This document shows positions 20,178 to 29,741 of a stretch of DNA of 64,000 bases, in pieces (the stretch's first letter is position 1; each line of letters starts with the position of its first letter). Source of the DNA: Candidatus Gottesmanbacteria bacterium. GTDB taxonomy: Bacteria > Patescibacteriota > Microgenomatia > UBA10105 > UBA927. The position numbers were made by a program, and so were the translations under genes. The notes under the pieces were generated by a model that worked only from the letters and a program-made list of their open reading frames with translations, was not told the origin of the DNA and made no database searches. The stretch spans positions 81,918-145,917 of the forward strand of contig JAHFKK010000001.1 of assembly GCA_023245335.1 (NCBI GenBank), read 5' to 3'.

Positions 20178-21919
20178 AACCAAAAGTGGCTGTTTGCATT
20201 CTCATCCTTATACTCGGGATTGCAGCGGCATTTCGCTTCATCGGCCTCGACTGGGACGGGCATGCACACCTGCATCCGGATGAACGGTTTCTTACCATGG
20301 TGACAACCGGCATCTCCTGGCCAAAAGATCTACAACAATATTTTGATACCAATGTCTCTCCTCTGAACCCGCAAAATAACGGATTTTCCTTTTACGTATA
20401 CGGCACATATCCTATCCATCTCACCAAATTTGTCGCCATGGTCCTCCATAACGACACCTATGACGGTGTCACGTTGGTCGGGAGGGCACTTTCCGGTATT
20501 CTCGACCTTGCTACTCTTATCACTGTCTATCTTATTGCTTCATATCTCACCAAAAAGCGGATAACCGGCCTTATCGCCGCCGCATGTTACGCCGTTTTTG
20601 TACTCCCCATACAGTTATCACATTTCTTTACCGTCGACCCGTATGTCACTCTTTTCATCACGGTCGTCCTTTGGCGGATTCTCCGAAGCAAGTTTGATTT
20701 CATAACCGGGGTCATGCTTGCGTTTGCAGTTGGGGCCAAGGCTTCGGCCGTCATCATCGTCCCGATTATCGCTCTCGCATATGCTCTTGAGTGGCCTTGG
20801 GCCGGTCACACGACGGCGGTACGTCAAAAAAGGCGCCACATGCTCCTTATGGCGTGCGGGTGTCTCATTGGATTCCTCCTGACTGTACGGATTGTGTACC
20901 CCTACTTATTTGTCGGCATGACGCTGAACCCAAAGATTCTCGCAAACTGGCGCGAACTCTCCTCCTTCGACTCCCCGAACACGACATTTCCACCGGGCTT
21001 GCAATGGATCACCGTCACCCCCATCCAACCCATCCTGGATTTACTCGTTTGGGGTCTGGGAATACCCTTAGGACTTCTCACTGTTATTGCGATAGGGGCG
21101 GGTATGGTACGCGCCGCAAAACACGTGGCGAAGCACACTCTGATGGTCATCCTTCTCGTGTGGATTATCTTTGCGCTCATCTATCAGGCTGTTCAATTTG
21201 CCAAACCAATGCGCTATTTTTGGCCGATATATCCGTCGCTTGCCGTCATGACGGGATGGTATCTCACGGAAAGAATCAAACACTGGCGTCCTGTCATTTG
21301 GACGGCTTTCATGGTTGTTCTCCTCATTTGGCCGGTCGCATATCTTAATATCTACATGCATACAACGACCCGTGTGTCTGCGAATGACTGGATTTATGCG
21401 CATATCCCCGTGGGAAAAACTATCGCCTGGGAGTCGTGGGATGATCCGCTCCCCTTCCCGAAAAATGGCTTTTCTCCTGGGGTCTACCACACCCCAGCAC
21501 TTCCGGTATTTGATCCGGACTCACCGGAAAAATGGGCAAAAATTGAAGCCGCGCTCGCACAAGCCGACTACCTCATCCTTTCCAGTAACCGCGGGTATGG
21601 CGCTATGGGACGGGTAAAAGATCGATATCCGGAAACATACCGTTACTATCAATTACTTATAAACGGGTCGCTCGGATTTCGTCCGGTTGTCCAATTTGTA
21701 TCACGCCCCGCTTTGCCGATTCCCGGACTTGCCGTATGCATTCGCCCGCCGGGTTTTTCGTATGGATTTCTTGCCGACCAGCTCGACACCTGCAAACAAA
21801 CCGGGATCACATTTGTCGATGATGGTACGGACGAAACGTTTACCGTGTACGATCATCCGAAAGTCATCATATTTCAAAAAGTCGGGACGGTGAACTATTC
21901 CGAACTCTTGGGAAAATAA
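20153..21919 (+). CDS. Glycosyltransferase family 39/83-like (dolichyl-phosphate-mannose-protein mannosyltransferase/ArnT-like).
   Basis: An N-terminal TM segment is followed by the loop motif LHPDERF (a DE-type motif typical of the first periplasmic loop in PMT/ArnT enzymes). It has multiple TM segments and a C-terminal soluble domain, 588 aa in total. Confidence 0.65.
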   Translation: MYEHNDTLKPKVAVCILILILGIAAAFRFIGLDWDGHAHLHPDERFLTMVTTGISWPKDLQQYFDTNVSPLNPQNNGFSFYVYGTYPIHLTKFVAMVLHNDTYDGVTLVGRALSGILDLATLITVYLIASYLTKKRITGLIAAACYAVFVLPIQLSHFFTVDPYVTLFITVVLWRILRSKFDFITGVMLAFAVGAKASAVIIVPIIALAYALEWPWAGHTTAVRQKRRHMLLMACGCLIGFLLTVRIVYPYLFVGMTLNPKILANWRELSSFDSPNTTFPPGLQWITVTPIQPILDLLVWGLGIPLGLLTVIAIGAGMVRAAKHVAKHTLMVILLVWIIFALIYQAVQFAKPMRYFWPIYPSLAVMTGWYLTERIKHWRPVIWTAFMVVLLIWPVAYLNIYMHTTTRVSANDWIYAHIPVGKTIAWESWDDPLPFPKNGFSPGVYHTPALPVFDPDSPEKWAKIEAALAQADYLILSSNRGYGAMGRVKDRYPETYRYYQLLINGSLGFRPVVQFVSRPALPIPGLAVCIRPPGFSYGFLADQLDTCKQTGITFVDDGTDETFTVYDHPKVIIFQKVGTVNYSELLGK

Positions 21920-23406
21920 AGCGACACGAAGACATTTTGTCCTGTCCCGCTCTTGTGGACTGACTGCACAGCATCAGGCCGACAGGTATAGAATTTTGTA
22001 ACCCACGACGCGTCATCCGGCCGACCAATGACAATGATATTTTTCCGTCTATCGATGTCCCGGCATTGCAGATTTTGTACGGCAAGAAGATTACTTCTCT
22101 TCTCCTCTCTTTGCAGCTGATAATATATGGCCTTCGGCTCCGGTTGCCCCCACCCTCCCCAACAGCATGAGGCGAGATAAACGGGAAAACTCACCGGAAT
22201 CGTATCTATGTATGCGGCGACTACTCGGGCATACGGCGTGTTATCGTTTGGTAATCCTTGCGGGTATTCCATAAAGTATTTATGCAGATTGAGGACGCCT
22301 ACAAAAACTGTGAGAGCTATCACTAAAAATATAGAAATGGACTTCGTTTTGCGAGAAAGAAGGTCATAAATAAACTTCATCCCGTATACAACACAGACCA
22401 TCACAAAGGGCAGTATCCCGATCGTTCTGCCGCTATTTGGGATTTCCGCTTCCGGTAACGCAGGCGATATGGACGGCAAGACGAGGACACTAATCGGTAG
22501 CAGGATAAATACCAGCTTCTTTTTATCCCCGCGCCATATCCATGCCACTATCCCTAGAAGGAAGAGTAAACCGGAAATGACATCAAGCTGGGGACTCCCC
22601 GGCACATTGACACGAAACACGCCATCCCCGCGCACATGCAGCATGAGCGCGGTAGTCGCGGCATAACGCAGGAGTCGGCCAAAAAATATCACCGGCGATG
22701 TGGTAAATGCGGGCCATATTTTGGATCCTAGATATCCGGAGCTAAAAACATCGGCGGAGCGGAATACGACGAGATACCATAATATCCCGATGATGCATTC
22801 GGTGGTTATGATCCACTTCCCATCGCGACGCCATGAGACTCGCTGGTGTTCTGAGACGGTCAACAAAAGAAAAAGTATCGGTAACACCCATGTCTGGGGA
22901 TACACAAATAATCCTAACGAAGAAATAACCGTTCCCAACACCGCATATCGGGCATGACCCGTTTTCCACCATCGGTACGCAAACCAAACCGTGAGTGAAG
23001 TCAGGGTGACGATAAAAATTTGCGAATTGCCGAGTCGCTCCCAGACAAGCCACCAAAACGACGTTCCCGCAACCAATGCGGTAAGTGCTCCCCAGGTAAT
23101 TCCTAATACTTCTGCCGCCAATACATAGGTCGCGACAACTCCTATCATGCCGACCGCCACTGACATAAATTTGTATGAGAGGTAGCTATGCCCGATAGCC
23201 GCGATACCGGGAGCTATGAGGTAGTGATACAGCGGCCCCGCAGATGCGACATAGTGCCACGGCCACAAGCCGGCAAGCACATCCCGTACGTATTCATGAA
23301 CAATAGATATGTCGCCATACCAGTCTCCGGGAATATCTGTGAGTTTCCACACTCCGACAACGCCACAAACGAAAACTACACCACAAAGAAGTGCTATCCG
23401 CTTCAT
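21895..23406 (-). CDS. ArnT/PMT-like GT-C membrane glycosyltransferase.
   Basis: 503 aa, polytopic, with a Trp/Tyr-rich N-terminal loop. It is convergent with the 20153..21919 gene and overlaps its end by 25 nt. Confidence 0.55.
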   Translation of the reverse strand: MKRIALLCGVVFVCGVVGVWKLTDIPGDWYGDISIVHEYVRDVLAGLWPWHYVASAGPLYHYLIAPGIAAIGHSYLSYKFMSVAVGMIGVVATYVLAAEVLGITWGALTALVAGTSFWWLVWERLGNSQIFIVTLTSLTVWFAYRWWKTGHARYAVLGTVISSLGLFVYPQTWVLPILFLLLTVSEHQRVSWRRDGKWIITTECIIGILWYLVVFRSADVFSSGYLGSKIWPAFTTSPVIFFGRLLRYAATTALMLHVRGDGVFRVNVPGSPQLDVISGLLFLLGIVAWIWRGDKKKLVFILLPISVLVLPSISPALPEAEIPNSGRTIGILPFVMVCVVYGMKFIYDLLSRKTKSISIFLVIALTVFVGVLNLHKYFMEYPQGLPNDNTPYARVVAAYIDTIPVSFPVYLASCCWGGWGQPEPKAIYYQLQREEKRSNLLAVQNLQCRDIDRRKNIIVIGRPDDASWVTKFYTCRPDAVQSVHKSGTGQNVFVSLYFPKSSE

Positions 23407-23408
23407 AC

Positions 23409-24179
23409 TTACGTCCGTTTCAAGACATAAAACAACGCACCTGCATCCGCGAGTGGAACCGATTCATCCATAAATGAGGAAAGAAAACGATGCGGATACC
23501 AATGAGTTATTTGGGGAAATACCACCCATTTCTTCACGGCCGCATAACTCAAGAGGTTCGGCAGGGATACATAATGCAAGACATCCAGAAGCGCCCCTGC
23601 ATTGGCGGAAAGGTACGGCAGCACCGTCGCGACACGGAATCCCGACCGACGAAACGCCGCGGACCATTCGGCGGATGATAAAAGATTCACGTGCACTTGT
23701 TTTTTCCTCATCCATCGTCGGTACCAATCCCCCAATACTTTCGTACCGAAAAGATACTGTTCCCACGGAGCTGCCATGACCGTCGTGAGACACGTGCCGC
23801 CCGGGACGAGCACACGGTGAGCTTCGTCTATTATCCGTGGCAAGTCATCCACATGTTCTAAAACACTGTTTATGACGACCGTCTGAAACGAACGGTTCGG
23901 AAACGGTATGGTATACCCGTCGTACGTCACGACGCTTTTGTATGCATCGCTCTTTTTGGCCTGACTTATCCTACTATCTCCCATGTCCAGCCCGACATCG
24001 ATTTTACGTTTTCCGAAAGTGACGCGCGCAAAAAATCCATCGCCGCAGCCGACATCCAGTATCGGGTGCCTGAGGGGTAAAAACTGCTGATAGAGTGACG
24101 CTTCTTTCGCCCGCAGTACGGAGAGAAAAAACGGCCGCTCCCGGGCATAGAGACGCAAATAGCTTTGGGTATCCGTCAT
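23409..24179 (-). CDS. Class I SAM-dependent methyltransferase.
   Basis: Motif I ILDVGCGDGFF plus the post-I acidic residue and motif II pattern (VINSVLEHVDD). Confidence 0.8.
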   Translation of the reverse strand: MTDTQSYLRLYARERPFFLSVLRAKEASLYQQFLPLRHPILDVGCGDGFFARVTFGKRKIDVGLDMGDSRISQAKKSDAYKSVVTYDGYTIPFPNRSFQTVVINSVLEHVDDLPRIIDEAHRVLVPGGTCLTTVMAAPWEQYLFGTKVLGDWYRRWMRKKQVHVNLLSSAEWSAAFRRSGFRVATVLPYLSANAGALLDVLHYVSLPNLLSYAAVKKWVVFPQITHWYPHRFLSSFMDESVPLADAGALFYVLKRT

Positions 24180-24181
24180 AA

Positions 24182-25315
24182 TTATATGAGCAATGTAGCA
24201 AATTTCTGTATGGACTTTTCTTGGGAAAAATATTTTTGTACGGCCGGCACATCCTTCATGTAGTCAGCCTTATGCGTCAGTACGATTGTAATAGCCCGGG
24301 CAAGAGCACCCGGATCTTCCGGCGGCACCACGATACCCATACCTATTTTTATCACCGGCACGCGGACACCGGGAAGGTCGCTTGCGACGACGGGGACGCC
24401 CATAAGCATCGCTTCCACCTGTACCATACCAAAGGCCTCTGTGCGGTTAATGGAGGGCAGCACAAGGACATCGAGTAATCGGTAAAACGATCCCATATCC
24501 TGCGGACTTATTTCTCCCAAAAAAATGACCCGGCGTGCATATTGCTTAACCAACTTCATGATTTTTTCTTTATAGAGCGTCTCACCAACTGGTTCCATCG
24601 GACCCGCCAGCACAATTTTGAATTGTCGATCTGGAATCCGCGCCTGAAGCTTCGGGATTGCGGCAAACAAATGCTCTATCCCCTTCTCTGCCGCAAGGCG
24701 CGCAGACAGACCGATGACTGTATCTGCCGCTCCGATTTTTTTTCTCAAGCGCCCCATGAGAATTCTGTTTACACGGAGCTTCGGTATGGGCGGAACTATG
24801 TACGTAAGCTTCCCGCGTACGTGCCGCAACAACATGCTTGAGCGCGCATAATCACTCGTATATGTCACCACGCGATCAGAAACACCGAGGGTCACCATAT
24901 TGGACACTTCCAACAGAGACTGAATGACGCTGTTCATAAATCCTTCCGGAAGCACGACCTCACAGTGATACAAGACAATAATCTTTTTGCCCATGAATTT
25001 CGCAAGTATCGCCGGGACAACTCCTTCAAACTGCGGCAGATTTACCACAATCACATCATGCGTTTGGACTAATCGCCATGATTGGATGAGCCAGGAAAAT
25101 GAGAAGAACCCCTTGCTGAATTTAAACTGCCACGGCGTTCGCACGATTCGCACGCGCCGTATCGTTTCCGTCTCGGCCAGGCGCGGATCATGCTGCATCG
25201 TAAGTACCGTCACCTGATTCCCTTCTCCGGCAAGTCCTTCGGCAAAACGGGACGCTGCAATAGTAAGTCCCGAGACGTACGGGTGGTAATACGTGATGGT
25301 AAATAATACCTTCAT
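24182..25315 (-). CDS. Glycosyltransferase family 4 (GT-B, retaining).
   Basis: The C-terminal region carries EAFGMVQVEAMLMGVPVVASDLPG (the E-x7-E motif region) and the N-terminal region carries the GT4 fold signature (YYHPYVSGLT). Confidence 0.85.
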   Translation of the reverse strand: MKVLFTITYYHPYVSGLTIAASRFAEGLAGEGNQVTVLTMQHDPRLAETETIRRVRIVRTPWQFKFSKGFFSFSWLIQSWRLVQTHDVIVVNLPQFEGVVPAILAKFMGKKIIVLYHCEVVLPEGFMNSVIQSLLEVSNMVTLGVSDRVVTYTSDYARSSMLLRHVRGKLTYIVPPIPKLRVNRILMGRLRKKIGAADTVIGLSARLAAEKGIEHLFAAIPKLQARIPDRQFKIVLAGPMEPVGETLYKEKIMKLVKQYARRVIFLGEISPQDMGSFYRLLDVLVLPSINRTEAFGMVQVEAMLMGVPVVASDLPGVRVPVIKIGMGIVVPPEDPGALARAITIVLTHKADYMKDVPAVQKYFSQEKSIQKFATLLI

Positions 25316-25947
25316 GTCTTGGTAATCCGCAGTAATGACTTTTCTAAATACGGATACTTATGCTGATACGGTTTATTCCGATCAAACACGTTATAAATCC
25401 AATGAATCTCTGTCGACAATTTTTTGGTTGCGAGATACGAAACGATATCCCAATTATCTTCCACGAAATAGTCCAGCTTTTTTGCCCGGATAATGCGCTC
25501 TTTAAACTCATGCGGCTGTTCTTCGTTGCGGTTCAGTGTCACCGATGTGAAGGTATCCGTAAATCCCCAAAATTTGAGGAACCGTTGAAGATTTGGTTCC
25601 AAAAATCCAAACCGCGATGTGACCAGGTGGGCCTCTATACGGCTATCTTTTACTAGGTTACGTAATCGGGATGCGCCATAGGCCGGGAACATGCTGGACT
25701 CATGTGCAAGTGACCAAAACGCCCGCTCGACGGAATTTTTTGGAACAAAAAATGAGACCTTTTTAATGCCCAAAATATTTTGTTTAAAAAAAGATATGGG
25801 ATATCGTGCAAGTCGTGCGGGGTTGTACGCGACAACGCCGTCAAAATCAAATCCTACAATCGGTTTTCTCATGGTTGCCATCATATCACAAAAAAACGCG
25901 CTCTCTATGGGAGATAGTTCGCCTGCCCAACAAACTATCCCCCACAC
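25312..25947 (-). CDS. HAD-superfamily hydrolase. The real start is probably an internal ATG near 25872-25884.
   Basis: HAD motif I VGFDFDGVV lies just after the internal Met cluster (MMATMRKPIVGFDFDGVVA). The ORF stop overlaps the GT4 start. Confidence 0.6.
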   Translation of the reverse strand: MWGIVCWAGELSPIESAFFCDMMATMRKPIVGFDFDGVVAYNPARLARYPISFFKQNILGIKKVSFFVPKNSVERAFWSLAHESSMFPAYGASRLRNLVKDSRIEAHLVTSRFGFLEPNLQRFLKFWGFTDTFTSVTLNRNEEQPHEFKERIIRAKKLDYFVEDNWDIVSYLATKKLSTEIHWIYNVFDRNKPYQHKYPYLEKSLLRITKT

Positions 25948-26318
25948 AAAGCACGTTTAAATATTCTCGTATACTTTTAATCCTCAAATATTAGTATACA
26001 GATTGAAATCGCAGCGATAGTAACACCAAAAATAGACTATTGTCAATCAGAAAAATGAAATGATGAACGAGTAGCTGAAAGTTTACAAAAGAGGAAAATA
26101 TTTCGGGGTAAAAATTGTGGTGTATTTTTCGTTACTGCAACAATCTAGAAAGACAAACGTAGCTTCAATAATTTATTTGACAAGATTTTTTTACGTTGTT
26201 ATTGTTGCTCTCGGTATCATTCCTTTTGCCCATTGCGAATGATGCCATATATAAAAGGCATTACTATACGTAGCGATCCCAAACCCAAAGCTAGCGGTAG
26301 TGATGCTTTTTTATTGGC

Positions 26319-26531
26319 CTAAAGAGTAAACACCGGTATACTTAACCCCTTTTCCTTGAGCTTCAGGAGCTCTTTGCGCCCATCCGCCTCATATTTACGG
26401 CGCTCCCTCTCAAAAGGGCTAATACGGGCCTTTTTGCCCAATCCTAAGGCCCGAAGGATATTTCCCAAACCCAAAGCTATCTGTATCACTATTCCAGTAA
26501 ACTCCTTTGTAAAGTCTTTGTCAAGTCCCAT
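26319..26531 (-). CDS. Small hypothetical protein, 70 aa, with a Gly/Leu-rich N-terminus and a Lys/Glu-rich C-terminus.
   Basis: ATG ORF preceded by a good promoter-like element. No family assigned. Confidence 0.3.
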   Translation of the reverse strand: MGLDKDFTKEFTGIVIQIALGLGNILRALGLGKKARISPFERERRKYEADGRKELLKLKEKGLSIPVFTL

Positions 26532-26572
26532 AATAATATTTGTATATATTATGGGATGTACCTATAGTATAT

Positions 26573-26601
26573 GACATGTATATAGCGCGTCAGAACGGGA
26601 A
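26573..26601 (-). promoter_or_regulatory. Candidate promoter: -35 TTCTGA/TCTGAC, a 17-nt spacer and -10 TATACT.
   Basis: The minus strand reads gtTCTGACgcgctatatacatgtcaTATACTatagg, located 40-70 nt upstream of the 26531 ATG. Confidence 0.3.
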
Positions 26602-26702
26602 AAGAACTTTTAAAAAATCTTTGTGGATAACTTGTGGAATCACCATTATGCCGGAAAATGCTTAGCGGAGTGGCTGTCGCGAGGGTCTCATCGGCACCCG
26701 TT

Positions 26703-27533
26703 TTATTTCATTCGAGCAAAAAACAACTGGCCGGCAGGTGTTTGGTGAATTTTGGTCACAATCACGCTTATCTCCTGCCCTACCCTATCTTTCGCATTCT
26801 CAACTACGACCATAGTACCGTCGGTGAGATATCCTACTCCCTGCTCACGCTCACGGCCCTCGTGAGTGATCTTTATGATAAACTCTTCTCCCGCCACCAA
26901 TGCTACCTTCATCGCCTGGGCCATGTCGTTTACGTTCAGGACACGCACACCTTGTGCACGCGCCACATGAGCGAGGTTGAAGTCTACGGTGAGGAGTACC
27001 CCTTCCCAACGCTTGGCAAGGGCAACCAGCTTGCTATCCACTTCTTTCACATCCAAAGGGTCGTCAGATACTATTTTCATTTTGGCCCACGGATTCACCT
27101 TTTGGCCCCGCAGCTTATTGATGACATCGAGAGCCCTTCTCCCCTTGGCACGGCGAAGCGGGTCGCTATCATCAGCTATATGCTGCACTTCCTGCAGGAC
27201 AAATTGCGGGATGATGAGCGTACCGGTAAGAAACCCGCTGTTGACGATCGTGAGCACCCTGCCGTCTATAAGAACGCTGGTATCAACGAGCGTCGGGTGT
27301 TCTCCTATAGATGCTCTCGTTTCCGGTGTTGTAGGCCGATGGAACGGTCTGGAGGTAATTTCTCCCAGTGTCGTAAGATTCTTTACTATCTCGCGGGCTA
27401 ATGCTTGGGTAAACGCAGTCGTCGGCTTGACCACCTGGGGCACTCCGCTGACTTGTGCCTGTTTATAGTTTTCTTTTTTGCCGAACAAACTCGCCTTTTC
27501 GGCTTTATTGGGCGATAATACCTGTTTCGTCAT
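26703..27533 (-). CDS. yacL: PIN/TRAM domain protein (YacL-like).
   Basis: The PIN core is TLVDTSVLIDGRVLTIVNSGFL and the C-terminal TRAM-like beta-barrel is GQEISVIVTKIHQTPAGQLFFARMK. It lies immediately downstream of radA, matching the Firmicutes radA-disA-yacL neighbourhood except that disA is absent. Confidence 0.8.
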   Translation of the reverse strand: MTKQVLSPNKAEKASLFGKKENYKQAQVSGVPQVVKPTTAFTQALAREIVKNLTTLGEITSRPFHRPTTPETRASIGEHPTLVDTSVLIDGRVLTIVNSGFLTGTLIIPQFVLQEVQHIADDSDPLRRAKGRRALDVINKLRGQKVNPWAKMKIVSDDPLDVKEVDSKLVALAKRWEGVLLTVDFNLAHVARAQGVRVLNVNDMAQAMKVALVAGEEFIIKITHEGREREQGVGYLTDGTMVVVENAKDRVGQEISVIVTKIHQTPAGQLFFARMK

Positions 27534-27613
27534 ATGAAAATTGTAGCATAAATACCGTCTATATACTCATCTTGGATCACGAAGCTGAAGATTACCTTAA
27601 AATAATCCGAGAA

Positions 27614-28942
27614 TTACGGCAGGTAAAGCGACGCTTTAGACAATGAAGCAACATTGGATGGCGCGCAGGCTGTCGCAAAGCCCAAACGCTTCGCTTCTTT
27701 GATCCGACGCTCCTCGGACACCACACGCCGGACCTCTCCAAGCAATCCGAGTTCACCGAACACAACGGTTTTAGGATCCATTGCCTTATTTTTGAAAGAT
27801 GAGAGGATGGCCATCGCTATAGAAAGGTCTACCGCAGGCTCTGCCACTTTGAGCCCGCCGCTTACATTGACAAAAACGTCAAAGCCTCCAAGCGGCAAAT
27901 TCAGGCGCTTCTGTAATATGGCGATTATTAATTGAAGCCGATTGTAGTCAACACCGTTCCCCACTCTTCTGGGCATAGCAAGTTGCGTTGGAACCGTCAA
28001 AGCCTGTATTTCTACGAGCATCGGGCGCGTTCCTTCCAGTATTACGGTGACTACAGACCCAGGTACATTTTTTACTCGATCTTGTAAGAATAGAGCGGAA
28101 GGATTGGATACTTCCTTCAGTCCTTGGTCACTCATATCAAAAATTCCGACTTCTTCTATCGCACCGAACCGGTTTTTGAGCGTCCGAAGAATTCTCGCAT
28201 TGGCAAAGCGCTCACCCTCAAGATAGAGAACCGTATCTACCATGTGTTCCAGTACTTTGGGTCCGGCAATCGCTCCCTCTTTCGTCACGTGCCCTATGAT
28301 GATAATCGGGATCCCCTGCGATTTGGCTGCTGCGATGAGAAGTTCTGTGCTTCTCCGTATCTGTCCGACGGATCCGGCCATGCCGTCCAGATCGCCTGAG
28401 GAAAGTGTTTGGATGGAATCCACAATGACCAGCTGGTGGACCTCCTTCGCATCAGACTTTAGAGCGTCAAAGCTGGCACAAATGTTCTCGGCGTTTGTTT
28501 CCGAGAGGATAGAAATATTGTCTCCGTTTATCCCTAACCGTTTTGCACGGAGTTTCACCTGTTCTGCTGACTCTTCTCCGGAAACGTACATGCCTCCGAT
28601 TGCCGCGAGGACATGGAGAAGAAGCGTCGACTTCCCGATCCCCGGATCGCCGGCAAGAAGCGTCACAGAGCCCGGCACTATGCCCCCGCCCACCACCCGG
28701 TCAAACTCAATAAATCCGCTTTTCAATCTGTTTTTCTCTATATGCCGGACTTCGGATAATTTCTGCGGCTTCGCAAGCCCCACGGAGCCTTGACGAAGTG
28801 ACGTGCGGCTCAATGATGCCCCGCCGACGTCTTTCACCGTTTCAACCATGGTATTCCATGAATTGCAGTTGGGGCATTTACCGTACCACTGGGGAGTTTC
28901 ATATCCGCATTGCTGACAAACGTAGGATGATCGCAGTTTCAT
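27614..28942 (-). CDS. radA: DNA repair protein RadA/Sms.
   Basis: An N-terminal C4 zinc ribbon (YVCQQCGYETPQWYGKCPNCNSW), Walker A (GDPGIGKSTLLL), the KNRFG motif and a Lon-like C-terminal domain. Confidence 0.95.
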   Translation of the reverse strand: MKLRSSYVCQQCGYETPQWYGKCPNCNSWNTMVETVKDVGGASLSRTSLRQGSVGLAKPQKLSEVRHIEKNRLKSGFIEFDRVVGGGIVPGSVTLLAGDPGIGKSTLLLHVLAAIGGMYVSGEESAEQVKLRAKRLGINGDNISILSETNAENICASFDALKSDAKEVHQLVIVDSIQTLSSGDLDGMAGSVGQIRRSTELLIAAAKSQGIPIIIIGHVTKEGAIAGPKVLEHMVDTVLYLEGERFANARILRTLKNRFGAIEEVGIFDMSDQGLKEVSNPSALFLQDRVKNVPGSVVTVILEGTRPMLVEIQALTVPTQLAMPRRVGNGVDYNRLQLIIAILQKRLNLPLGGFDVFVNVSGGLKVAEPAVDLSIAMAILSSFKNKAMDPKTVVFGELGLLGEVRRVVSEERRIKEAKRLGFATACAPSNVASLSKASLYLP

Positions 28943-28991
28943 AGGGGTATTCTACACCAGAGACACAATGATCGCGCAAGGAATACGCAAA

Positions 28992-29660
28992 TTACGTCGT
29001 CGGAGCAGTCAATCTATCTATAAATGCTTTTCGGGGAATGAGGAAGCAGGTACTATCAACGGTCTCTTCGGGGGCATACTTCAGGGCCCCCAACTTCATC
29101 GCGCCGAGCTTTTGCATGACTTCCTGCTGTTTGGGATCAAGCGCATTTCCCGTTTCATGCGTCACCCACACGGTCACAGCGCGCACATCTTTAAACTCAT
29201 CGTCCATAAATACCTTTGCGAGCGCCTGTTTGGTCGCACTTACGTCGCTATCGAGATTCGCCGGATAATCTTTCGAATATGACGCCATCTCAACCACCGC
29301 GCCGGTATCGTACGGACGGCGGTGACTCGCGACCAACATCTCATTCACCTCACTCATATGCTCTGGGGTATAGACATTCACGAAGCCGACCGCCTGATCT
29401 GCTGCGGCAAGATCAGCTTCTTTCGGGCCAAACACCCAGAGCGCTTTGACGCCACTCGCCCACTCCGCGTTCGATTCTTCCGGCTTCAGGTTTACGTTGA
29501 GAAGTCCTTCTTCTGCCTTTGCCTTGGCGCTAAGGGCGGTGAGCGTTTCATCAAAGCGGGGAAGATTGCGTTCCGTTATCGGAACCAATGCGACGGATTC
29601 TTTGGAAAGTATTTCCCGGATTTGTGCCCGGAAACCCATGGGTTGTATTTCACCTGGCAT
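28992..29660 (-). CDS. Hypothetical protein, 222 aa.
   Basis: Intact ORF between radA and rpsA on the same strand. No motif recognised. Confidence 0.5.
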   Translation of the reverse strand: MPGEIQPMGFRAQIREILSKESVALVPITERNLPRFDETLTALSAKAKAEEGLLNVNLKPEESNAEWASGVKALWVFGPKEADLAAADQAVGFVNVYTPEHMSEVNEMLVASHRRPYDTGAVVEMASYSKDYPANLDSDVSATKQALAKVFMDDEFKDVRAVTVWVTHETGNALDPKQQEVMQKLGAMKLGALKYAPEETVDSTCFLIPRKAFIDRLTAPTT

Positions 29661-29741
29661 TGGCTCATTCTAATGGCAAAGATACATTGCCGTCAAATGG
29701 AATAATTGTTTGTTGCGAAAAGCTGGTTTGTCCCGAAGCGC

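Noticed and set aside
20791-21348. + strand ORF of 185 aa and minus-strand ORFs (20902..21180, 21068..21490) overlapping the GT39-like gene.
   Set aside because: These are alternative frames inside a well-supported 588-aa membrane protein gene. They have biased Arg/His/Cys-rich composition and no support.
26634-27468. + strand ORFs of 255 aa and 163 aa antisense to the PIN/TRAM gene.
   Set aside because: Antisense shadow ORFs. The minus-strand product has clear PIN and TRAM motifs.
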